A DNA stretch of 64,000 nucleotides from the human T2T-CHM13v2.0 reference genome, Homo sapiens, in the NCBI RefSeq assembly GCF_009914755.1, contig NC_060936.1; one strand, 5' to 3'. Positions 53,201-64,000 of the stretch are shown here, in pieces. The notes under the pieces were generated by a model that saw only the letters and a list, made by a program, of their open reading frames with translations, did no database searches and was not told where the DNA came from. The position numbers were made by a program, and so were the translations under genes. Position 1 is the stretch's first letter. Every line of letters begins with the position of its first letter.

Positions 53201-56200
53201 TTATTTTTCTACATTTGGCCTAAAAGCGCTTGAAATCTCCACCTGCAAATATCACAAAAAGAGGGTTTCACATCTGCTCTGTGTAAAGGACAGTTCACCT
53301 CTGTGAGTTGAATAGAGGCAACACAAAGAACTTACTCAGTATTCTTCTTTCTAGCGTTCTATGAAGAAATCCCGTTTCCAACGAAGGCCTCAAAGAGGTC
53401 CAAATATCTGCTTGCAGACTTTACAGAGAGAGTGTTTCCAAACTACTCTATGAAAAGAAAGCTTAAACTCCTTGAGTTGAACGCACACATCACAAAGTAG
53501 TTTCTGAGAATGATTCTGTCTTGTTGTTATACAAATCTATTTCCTTTTCTATGGCTTCAAAGCGATTGAAATCTCCAACTGGAAACTGCACAAATAGGGT
53601 GTTTCAAATCTGCTCTGTCTAAAGGAAGGTTCAACTCTGTGAGTTGAATACACTCACCACAAATAAGTTACTGAGAATTCTTCTGTCGAACATTACATGA
53701 AGAAATCCCGTTTCCAACGAAGGCCTCAAAGAGGTCCAAATATCCACTTGCAGACATTACAAACAGAGTGTTTCCAAACTGCTCCATCAAAAGAAAGGTT
53801 AAACTCTGTGAGCTGAACACACACATCAAAAAGAAGGTTCTGTGAATGATTCTGTCTAGATTTTATAAGAAGATGTTTCCTTTTCTACCGTAGGCCTCAA
53901 AGCGCTTGAAATCTCCAGCAGCAAATTCCACAAAAAGGGTGTTTAACATCTTCTCTTCTAAAGGAAAGTTCAACTCTATGAGTTGAATACTCACAGCACA
54001 AAGAAGTTACTGAGACTTCTCCTATCAAACATTATATGAAGAAATCCCGTTTCCAATGAAGGCCTCAAAGAGGTCCAAATATCTGCTTGCAGACTTTACA
54101 GACAGAGTTTTTCCAAACTGCTCCATCAAAAGAAAGGTTAAACTCCTTGAGTTGAACACACACATCACAAAGTAGTTTCTGTGAATGATTCTGTCTAGTT
54201 TTTATACGAAGATGTTTCCTTTGCTACCTTTGGTCTCAAAGCGATTGAAATCTCCACATGGAAACTCCACAAAAAGAGTGTTTCAAATCTGCTCTTTCTG
54301 AAGGAAGGTTCAACTCTGTGAGTTGAATACACACACCACAAATAACTTACTGAGAATTCTTCTGTCGAAAATTACATGAAGAAATCCCGTTTCCAACGAA
54401 GGCCTCAAAGAGGTCCAAATATCCACTTGCAGACATTACAAACAGAGTGTTTCCAAACTGCTCCATCAAAAGAAAGGTTAAGCTCTGTGAGCTGAACACA
54501 CCCATCAAAAAGAAGTTTCTGTGAATGATTCTGTCTAGATTTTATAAGAAGATGTTTCCTTTTCTACCGTAGGCCTCAAAGCGCTTGAAATCTCCAGCTG
54601 CAAATTCCACAAAAAGGGTGTTTAACATCTGCTCTTCTAAAGGAAAGTTCAACTCTATGAGTTGAATACACACAGCACAAAGAAGTTACTGAGACTTCTC
54701 CTATCAAACATTATATGAAGAAATCCCGTTTCCAACGAAGGCCTCAAAGAGGTCCAAATATCCACTTGCAGACGTGAAAAACAGAGTGGTTCCAAACTGC
54801 TCCATCAAAAGAAAGGTTAACCTCCTTGAGTTGAACACACACATCACAAAGTAGTTTCTGTGAATGATTCTGCCTAGTTTTTATACGAAGATGTTTCCTT
54901 TTCTACCTTTGGTCTCAATGCGATTGAAATCTCCACATGGAAACTCCACAAAAAGAGTGTTTCAAATCTGCTCTTTCTGAAGGAAGTTTCAACTCTGTGA
55001 GTTGAATACACACACCACAAATAAGTTACTGAGAATTCTTCTGTGTAACATTATATGAGGAAATCCCGTTTCCAACGAAGGCCTCAAAGAGGTCCAAATA
55101 TCCACTTGCAGACATTACAAACAGAGTGTTTCCAAACTGCTCCATCAAAAGAAAGGTTAAACTCTGTGAGCTGAACACACACATCAAAAAGAAGTTTCTG
55201 TGAATGATTCTGTCTAGATTTTATAAGAAGATGTTTCCTTTTCTACCGTAGGCCTCAAAGCGCTTGAAATCTCCAGCAGCAAATTCCACAAAAAGGGTGT
55301 TTAACATCTTCTCTTCTAAAGGAAAGTTCAACTCTATGAGTTGAATACACACAGCACAAAGAAGTTACTGAGACTTCTCCTATCAAACATTATATGAAGA
55401 AATCCCGTTTCCAATGAAGGCCTCAAAGAGGTCCAAATATCTGCTTGCAGACTTTACAGACAGAGTTTTTCCAAACTGCTCCATCAAAAGAAAGGTTAAA
55501 CTCCTTGAGTTGAACACACACATCACAAAGTAGTTTCTGTGAATGATTCTGTCTAGTTTTTATACGACGATGTTTCCTTTTCTACCTTTGGTCTCAAAGC
55601 GATTGAAATCTCCACATGGAAACTCCACAAAAAGAGTGTTTCAAATCTGCTCTTTCTGAAGGAAGGTTCAACTCTGTGAGTTGAATACACACACCACAAA
55701 TAAGTTACTGAGAATTCTTCTGTCGAAAATTACATGAAGAAATCCCGTTTCCAACGAAGGCCTCAAAGAGGTCCAAATATCCACTTGCAGACATTACAAA
55801 CAGAGTGTTTCCAAACTGCTCCATCAAAAGAAAGGTTAAGCTCTGTGAGCTGAACACACACATCAAAAAGAAGTTTCTGTGAATGATTCTGTCTAGATTT
55901 TATAAGAAGATGTTTCCTTTTCTACCGTAGGCCTCAAAGCGCTTGAAATCTCCAGCTGCAAATTCCACAAAAAGGGTGTTTAACATCTGCTCTTCTAAAG
56001 GAAAGTTCAACTCTATGAGTTGAATACACACAGCACAAAGAACTTACTGAGACTTCTCCTATCAAACATTATATGAAGAAATCCCGTTTCCAAAGAAGGC
56101 CTCAAAGGGGTCCAAATATCTGCTTGCAGACCTTACAGACAGAGTGATTCCAAACTGCTCCATCAAAAGAAAGGTTAAACTCCTTGAGTTGAACACACAC

Positions 56201-58798
56201 ATCACAAAGTAGTTTCTGTGAATGATTCTGTCTAGTTTTTATACGAAGATATTTCCTTTTCTACATTTGGCCTAAAAGCGCTTGAAATCTCCACCTGCAA
56301 ATATCACAAAAAGAGGGTTTCACATCTGCTCTGTCTAAAGGACAGTTAACCTCTGTGAGTTGAATAGAGGCAACACCAAGAACTTACTCACAATTCTTCT
56401 TTCTAGCGTTATATGAAGAAATCCCGTTTCCAACGAAGGCCTCAAAGAGGTCCAAATATCTGCTTGCAGACTTTACAGACAGAGTGTTTCCAAAATACTC
56501 TATGAAAAGAAAGCTTAAACTCCTTGAGTTGAACGCACACATCACAAAGTAGTTTCTGAGAATGATTCTGTCTAGTTTTTATACGAAGATGTTTCCTTTT
56601 CTACATTTGGTCTCAAAGCGATTGAAATCTCCAACTGGAAACTGCACAAATAGGGTGTTTCAAATCTGCTCTGTCTAAAGGAAGGTTCAACTCTGTGAGT
56701 TGAATACACACACCACAAATAAGTTACTGAGAATTCTTCTGTCGAACATTACATGAAGAAATCCCGTTTCCAACGAAGGCCTCAAAGTGGTCCAAATATC
56801 CACTTGCAGACATTACAAACAGAGTGTTTCCAAACTGCTCCATAAAAGAAAGGTTAAACTCTGTGAGCTGAACACACACATCAAAAAGAAATTTCTGTGA
56901 ATTATTCTGTCTTGATTTTATAAGAAGATGTTTCCTTTTCTACCGTAGGCCTCAAAGCGCTTGAAATCTCCAGCTGCAAATTCCACAAAAAGGGAGTTTG
57001 ACATCTGCTCTTCTAAAGGAAAGTTCAACTCTATGAGTTGAATACACACAGCACAAAGAAGTTACTTAGACTTCTCCTATCAAACATTATATGACGAAAT
57101 CCCATTTCCAACGAAGGCCTCAAAGAGGTCCAAATATCTGCTTGCAGACTTTACAGACAGAGTGTTTCCAAACTGCTCCATCAAAAGAAAGGTTAAACTC
57201 CTTGAGTTGAACACACACATCACAAAGTAGTTTCTGTGAATGATTCTGTCTAGTTTTTATACGAAGATATTTCCTTTTCTACCCTTGGTCTCAAAGCGAT
57301 TGAAATCTCCACATGGAAACTCCACAAAAAGAGTGTTTCAAATCTGCTCTTTCTGAAGGAAGGTTCAACTCTGTGAGTTGAATACACACACCACAAATAA
57401 GTTACTGAGAATTCTTCTGTGTAACATTATATGAGGAAATCCCGTTTCCAACGAAGGCCTCAAAGAGGTCCAAATATCCACTTGCAGACTTTACAAAGAC
57501 AGTGTCTCCAAACTCCTCCATCAAAAGAAAGGTTATACTCTGTGAATTGAACGCACACATCACAAAGTAGTTTCTGAGAATGATTCTGTCTAGTTTTTAT
57601 ACGAAGATATTTCCTTTTCTACATTTGGCCTAAAAGCGCTTGAAATCTCCACCTGCAAATATCACAAAAAGAGGGTTTCACATCTGCTCTGTCTAAAGGA
57701 CAGTTCACCTCTGTGAGTTGAATAGAGGTAACACAAAGAAATTACTCAGTATTCTTCTTTCTAGCGTTCTATGAAGAAATCCCGTTTCCAACGAAGGCCT
57801 CAAAGAGGTCCAAATATCTGCTTGCAGACTTTACAGACAGAGTGTTTCCAAACTACTCTATGAAAAGAAAGCTTAAACTCCTTGAGTTGAACGCACACAT
57901 CACAAAGTAGTTTCTGAGAATTATTCTGTCTAGTTTTTATACGAAGATGTTTCCTTTTCTACATTTGGTCTCAAAGCGATTGAAATCTCCTACTGGAAAC
58001 TGCACAAATAGGGTGTTTCAAATCTGCTCTGTCTAAAGGAAGGTTCAACTCTGTGAGTTGAATACACACACCACAAATAAGTTACTGAGAATTCTTCTGT
58101 CGAACATTACATGAAGAAATCCCGTTTCCAACGAAGGCCTCAAAGAGGTCCAAATATCCACTTGCAGACATTACAAACAGTGTGTTTCCAAACTGCTCCA
58201 TCAAAAGAAAGGTTAAACTCTTTGAGCTGAACACACACATCAAAAAGAAGTTTCTGTGAATTATTCTGTCTAGATTTTATAAGAAGATGTTTCCTTTTCT
58301 ACCGTAGGCCTCAAAGCGCTTGAAATCTCCAGCTGCAAATTCCACAAAAAGGGTGTTTAACATCTGCTCTTCTAAAGGAAAGTTCAACTCTATGAGTTGA
58401 ATACACACAGCACAAAGAAGTTACTGAGACTTCTCCTATCAAACATTATATGACGAAATCCCATTTCCAACGAAGGCCTCAAAGAGGTCCAAATATCTGC
58501 TTGCAGACTTTACAGACAGAGTGTTTCCAAACTGCTCCATCAAAAGAAAGGTTAAACTCCTTGAGTTGAACACACACATCACAAAGTAGTTTCCGTGAAT
58601 GATTCTGTCTAGTTTTTATACGAAGATGTTCCCTTTTCGACCTTTGGTCTCAAAGCGATTGAAATCTCCACATGGAAACTCCACAAAAAGAGTGTTTCAA
58701 ATCTGCTCTTTCTGAAGGAAGGTTCAACTCTGTGAGTTGAATACACACACCACAAATAAGTTACTGAGAATTCTTCTGTGTAACATTATATGAGGAAA
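47261..58798 (-). repeat. 5769-bp (34-monomer) near-perfect tandem duplication: ~47261-53029 and ~53030-58798
   Basis: Many private variants recur at +5769, e.g. acgaggatatttattttt (47422/53191), gacgtgaaaaac (49002/54771), caaagaaggcctcaaagggg, ccataaaaga, gggagtttgac and cccttttcgacc. Confidence 0.95.
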
Positions 58799-61700
58799 TC
58801 CCGTTTCCAACGAAGGCCTCAAAGAGGTCCAAATATCCACTTGCAGACTTTACAAAGACAGTGTCTCCAAACTCCTCCATCAAAAGAAAGGTTATACTCT
58901 GTGAATTGAACGCACACATCACAAAATAGTTTCTGAGAATGATTCTGTCTAGTTTTTATACGAAGATATTTCCTTTTCTACGTTTGGTTTAAAAGCGCTT
59001 GAAATCTCCACCTGCAAATATCACAAAAAGAGGGTTTCACATCTGCTCTGTCTAAAGGACAGTTCACCTCTGTGAGTTGAATAGAGGCAACACAAAGAAC
59101 TTACTCAGTATTCTTCTTTCTAGCGTTATATGAAGAAATCCCGTTTCCAAGGAAGGCCTCAAAGAGGTCCAAATATCTGCTTGCAGACTTTACAGACAGA
59201 GTGTTTCCAAACTACTCTATGAAAAGAAAGCTTAAACTCCTTGAGTTGAACGCACACATCACAAAGTAGTTTCTGAGAATGATTCTGTCTTGTTTTTATA
59301 CAAAGGTATTTCCGTTTCTATGGCCTCAAAGCGATTGAAATCTCCAACTGGAAACTGCACAAATAGGGTCTTTCAAATCTGCTCTGTCTAAAGGAAGGTT
59401 CAACTCTGTGAGTTGAATACACACACCACAAATAAGTTACTGAGAATTCTTCTGTCGAACATTACATGAAGAAATCCCGTTTCCAACACAGGACTCAAAG
59501 AGGTCCAAATATCCACTTGCAGACATTACAAACAGAGTGTTTCCAAGCTGCTCCATCAAAAGAAAGGTTAAACACTGTGAGCTGAACACACACATCAAAA
59601 AGAAGTTTCTGTGAATGATTATGTCTAGATTTTATAAGAAGATGTTTCCTTTTCTACCGTAGGCCTCAAAGCGCTTGAAATCTCCAGCTGCAAATTCCAC
59701 AAAAAGGGTGTTTAACATCTGCTCTTCTAAAGGAAAGTTCAACTCTATGAGTTGAATACACACAGCACAAAGAAGTTACTGAGACTTCTCCTATCAAACA
59801 TTATATGACGAAATCCCATTTCCAACGAAGGCCTCAAAGAGGTCCAAATATCTGCTTGCAGACTTTACAGACAGAGTGTTTCCAAACTGCTCCATCAAAA
59901 GAAAGGTTAAACTCCTTGAGTTGAACACACACATCACAAAGTAGTTTCCGTGAATGATTCTGTCTAGTTTTTATACGAAGATGTTCCCTTTTCTACCTTT
60001 GGTCTCAAAGCGATTGAAATCTCCACATGGAAACTCCACAAAAAGAGTGTTTCAAATCTGCTCTTTCTGAAGGAAGGTTCAACTCTGTGAGTTGAATACA
60101 CACACCACAAATAAGTTACTGAGAATTCTTCTGTGTAACATTATATGAGGAAATCCCGTTTCCAACGAAGGCCTCAAAGAGGTCCAAATATCCACTTGCA
60201 GACTTTACAAAGACAGTGTCTCCAAACTCCTCCATCAAAAGAAAGGTTATACTCTGTGAATTGAACGCACACATCACAAAGTAGTTTCTGAGAATGATTC
60301 TGTCTAGTTTTTATACGAAGATATTTCCTTTTCTACATTTGGCCTAAAAGCGCTTGAAATCTCCACCTGCAAATATCACAAAAAGAGGGTTTCACATCTG
60401 CTCTGTCTAAAGGACAGTTCACCTCTGTGAGTTGAATAGAGGCAACACCAAGAACTTACTCACAATTCTTCTTTCTAGCGTTATATGAAGAAATTCCGTT
60501 TCCAACGAAGGCCTCAAAGAGGTCCAAATATCTGCTTGCAGACTTTACAGACAGAGTGTTTCCAAACTACTCTATGAAAAGAAAGCTTAAACTCCTTGAG
60601 TTGAACGCACACATCACAAAGTAGTTTCTGAGAATGATTCTGTCTAGTTTTTATACGAAGATGTTTCCTTTTCTACATTTGGTCTCAAAGCGATTGAAAT
60701 CTCCAACTGGAAACTGCACAAATAGGGAGTTTCAAATCTTATCTGTCTAAAGGAAGGGTCAACTCTGTGAGTTGAATACACACACCACAAATAAGTTACT
60801 GAGAATTCTTCTGTCGAACATTACATGAAGAAATCCCGTTTCCAACGAAGGCCTCAAAGAGGTCCAAATATCCACTTGCAGACATTACAGAGTGTTTCCA
60901 AACTGCTCCATCAAAAGAAAGGTTAAACTCTGTGAGCTGAACACACACATCAAAAAGAAGTTTCTGTGAATGATTCTGTCTAGATTTTATAAAAAGATGT
61001 TTCCTTTTCTACCGTAGGCCGCAAAGCGCTTGAAATCTCCAGCTGCAAATTCCACAAAAAGGGTGTTTAACATCTGCTCTTCTAAAGGAAAGTTCAACTC
61101 TATGAGTTGAATACACACAGCACAAAGAAGTTACTGAGACTTCTCCTATCAAACATTATATGAAGAAATCCCGTTTCCAACGAAGGCCTCAAAGAGGTCC
61201 AAATATCTGCTTGCAGACTTTACAGACAGAGTGTTTCCAAACTGCTCCATCAAAAGAAAGGTTAAACTCCTTGAGTTGAACACACACATCACAAAGTAGT
61301 TTCTGTGAATGATTCTGTCTAGTTTTTATACGAAGATGTTTCCTTTTCTACCTTTGGTCTCAAAGCGATTGAAATCTCCACATGGAAACTCCACAAAAAG
61401 AGTGTTTCAAATCTGCTCTTTCTGAAGGAAGGTTCAACTCTGTGAGTTGAATACACACACCAGAAATAAGTTACTGAGAATTCTTCTGTGTAACATTATA
61501 TGAGGAAATCCCGTTTCCAACGAAGGCCTCAAAGAGGTCCAAATATCCACTTGCAGACTTTACAAAGACAGTGTCTCCAAACTCCTCCATCAAAAGAAAG
61601 GTTATACTCTGTGAATTGAACGCACACATCACAAAGTAGTTTCTGAGAATGATTCTGTCTAGTTTTTATACGAAGATATTTCCTTTTCTACATTTGGCCT

Positions 61701-64000
61701 AAAAGCGCTTGAAATCTCCACCTGCAAATATCACAAAAAGTGGGTTTCACATCTGCTCTGTCTAAAGGACAGTTCACCTCTGTGAGTTGAATAGAGGCAA
61801 CACAAAGAACTTACTCAGTATTCTTCTTTCTAGCGTTCTATGAAGAAATCCCGTTTCCAACGAAGGCCTCAAAGAGGTCCAAATATCTGCTTGCAGACTT
61901 TACAGACAGAGTGTTTCCAAACTACTCTATGAAAAGAAAGCTTAAACTCCTTGAGTTGAATGCACACATCACAAAGTAGTTTCTGAGAATGATTCTGTCT
62001 AGTTTTTATACGAAGATGTTTCCTTTTCTACATTTGGTCTCAAAGCGATTGAAATCTCCAACTGGAAACTGCACAAGTAGGGTGTTTCAAATCTGCTCTG
62101 TCTAAAGGAAGGTTCAACTCTGTGAGTTGAATACACATACCACAAATAAGTTACTGAGAATTCTTCTGTCGAACATTACATGAAGAAATCCCGTTTCCAA
62201 CGAAGGCCTCAAGGGGTCCAAATATCCACTTGCAGACATTACAAACAGAGTGTTTCCAAACTGCTCCATCAAAAGAAAGGTTAAACTCTGTGAGCTGAAC
62301 ACACACATCAAAGAGAAGTTTCTGTGAATGATTCTGTCTAGATTTTATAAGAAGATGTTTCCTTTTCTACCGTAGGCCTCAAAGCGCTTGAAATCTCCAG
62401 CTGCAAATTCCACAAAAAGGGTGTTTAACATCTGCTCTTCTAAAGGAAAGTTCAACTCTATGAGTTGAATACACACAGCACAAAGAAGTTACTGAGACTT
62501 CTCCTATCAAACATTATATGAAGAAATCCCGTTTCCAAGGAAGGCCTCAAAGAGGTCCAAATATCTGCTTGCAGACTTTACAGACAGAGTGTTTCCAAAC
62601 TGCTCCATCAAAAGAAAGGTTAACCTCCTTGAGTTGAACACACACATCACAAAGTAGTTTCTGTGAATGATTCTGTCTAGTTTTTATACGAAGATGTTTC
62701 CTTTTCTACCTTTGGTCTCAAAGCGATTGAAATCTCCACATGGAAACTCCACAAAAAAGAGTGTTTCAAATCTGCTCTTTCTGAAGGAAGGTTCAACTCT
62801 GTGAGTTGAATACACACACCACAAATAAGTTACTGAGAATTCTTCTTTGTAACATTATATGAGGAAATCCCGTTTCCAACGAAGGCCTCAAAGAGGTCCA
62901 AATATCCACTTGCAGTCTTTACAAAGACAGTGTCTCCAAACTCCTCCATCAAAAGAAAGGTTATACTCTGTGAATTGAACGCACACATCACAAAGTAGTT
63001 TCTGAGAATGATTCTGTCTAGTTTTTATACGAAGATATTTCCTTTTCTACATTTGGCATAAAAGCGCTTGAAATCTCCACCTGCAAATATCACAAAAAGA
63101 GGGTTTCACACCTGCTCTGTCTAAAGGACAGTTCACCTCTGTGAGTTGAATAGAGGCAACACAAAGAACTTACTCAGTATTCTTCTTTCTAGCGTTCTAT
63201 GAAGAAATCCCGTTTCCAACGAAGGCCTCAAAGAGGTCCAAATATCTGCTTGCAGACTTTACAGACAGAGTGTTTCCAAACTACTCTATGAAAAGAAAGC
63301 TTAAACTCCTTGAGTTGAACGCACGCATCACAAAGTAGTTTCTGAGAATGATTCTGTCTAGTTTTTATACGAAGATGTTTCCTTTTCTACATTTGGTCTC
63401 AAAGCGATTGAAATCTCCAACTGGAAACTGCACAAATAGGGAGTTTCAAATCTGATCTGTCTAAAGGAAGGGTCAACTCTGTGAGTTGAATACACACACC
63501 ACAAATAAGTTACTGAGAATTCTTCTGTCGAACATTACATGAAGAAATCCCGTTTCCAACGAAGGCCTCAAACAGGTCCAAATATCCACTTGCAGACATT
63601 ACAGAGTGTTTCCAAACTGCTCCATCAAAAGAAAGGTTAAACTCTGTGAGCTGAACACACACATCAAAAAGAAGTTTCTGTGAATGATTCTGTCTAGATT
63701 TTATAAAAAGATGTTTCCTTTTCTACCGTAGGCCGCAAAGCGCTTGAAATCTCCAGCTGCAAATTCCACAAAAAGGGTGTTTAACATCTGCTCTTCTAAA
63801 GGAAAGTTCAACTCTATGAGTTGAATACACACAGCACAAAGAAGTTACTGAGACTTCTCCTATCAAACATTATATGAAGAAATCCCGTTTCCAACGAAGG
63901 CCTCAAAGAGGTCCAAATATCTGCTTGCAGACTTTACAGACAGAGTGTTTCCAAACTGCTCCATCAAAAGAAAGGTTAAACTCCTTGAGTTGAACACACA

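Larger units (their letters stand above)
1..64000 (-). repeat. Centromeric alpha-satellite HOR array, SF1-like (J1/J2 dimeric), 8-mer 1359-bp base HOR; probably human D10Z1 (S1C10H1L), D12Z3 not excluded
   Basis: Uninterrupted ~170/340-bp periodicity. The reverse complement reads typical alphoid sequence (GAATCATTCTCAGAAACTACTTTGTGATGTGTGCGTTCAACTC...GGACCTCTTTGAGGCCTTCGTTGGAAACGGGATTTCTTCAT). A CENP-B box occurs in every second monomer. Alpha-satellite identity is certain; SF1 is likely; the chromosome assignment (about 0.65) rests on recalling that the SF1 8-mer HORs are on chr10 and chr12 and that D10Z1 has 6-mer variants. Confidence 0.99.
35673..64000 (-). repeat. Second, more diverged array domain built from 8-mers plus 4-, 6- and 12-mer variants
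   Basis: Left-domain markers (tgccg box, gaagcaatccc, gaattctccaac, gagacaacac, acaattaag) disappear; many private substitutions and small indels appear. Confidence 0.8.

Noticed and set aside
62114-62311. 65-aa minus-strand ORF
   Set aside because: A chance read-through created by a 1-bp deletion (aaggggtcc, ~62211) in satellite sequence; no coding evidence.
1-64000. CRISPR-like pattern of a constant ~42-bp block recurring at regular spacing
   Set aside because: The intervening ~300-bp segments are themselves homologous repeats, not unique spacers. There are no cas genes, and the constant block is the CENP-B box region.
1-64000. Possible L1/Alu insertion, inversion or non-satellite island
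   Set aside because: None seen on reading through: no poly-A tail, target-site duplication or strand switch, and all CENP-B boxes have the same orientation.
1-64000. Assignment to SF2 8-mer arrays (D14Z9/D22Z1) or pentameric SF3 arrays
   Set aside because: The dimeric structure excludes SF3. The box context (GAGGCCTTCGTTGGAAACGGGATTTCTTCAT, AGAATTCTCAGTAACTT) resembles SF1 J-type monomers as I recall them; an HMM classification would settle it.

Overview
The whole 64 kb window is primate (most likely human) centromeric alpha-satellite DNA in one orientation, on the minus strand by the usual convention. It contains no credible gene, RNA gene or transposon. ~171-bp monomers form ~340-bp dimers, each with one CENP-B box (+ strand TCCCGTTTCCAACGAAG; about 189 box positions by manual count). 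The monomers look like suprachromosomal family 1 (J1/J2). Four dimer types, here called A, B, C and D and counted from one CENP-B box to the next, form a canonical 8-monomer, 1359-bp higher-order repeat (HOR). This fits D10Z1 (chr10) best, with D12Z3 as the alternative; the assignment is from recall and not verified. The interest is architectural: (1) in 1-35.7 kb a 26-monomer ~4409-bp super-HOR (12-mer + 6-mer + 8-mer) occurs in six full copies; (2) near 35.7 kb the array switches to a more diverged domain with about twice the rate of broken CENP-B boxes; (3) a nearly perfect 5769-bp tandem duplication has older duplications nested inside it; (4) one 60-bp microhomology-flanked duplication breaks the monomer phase. 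Both supplied ORFs are artefacts of the satellite. I found no new gene-based system. All coordinates and counts were read by eye and may be off by a few bases.
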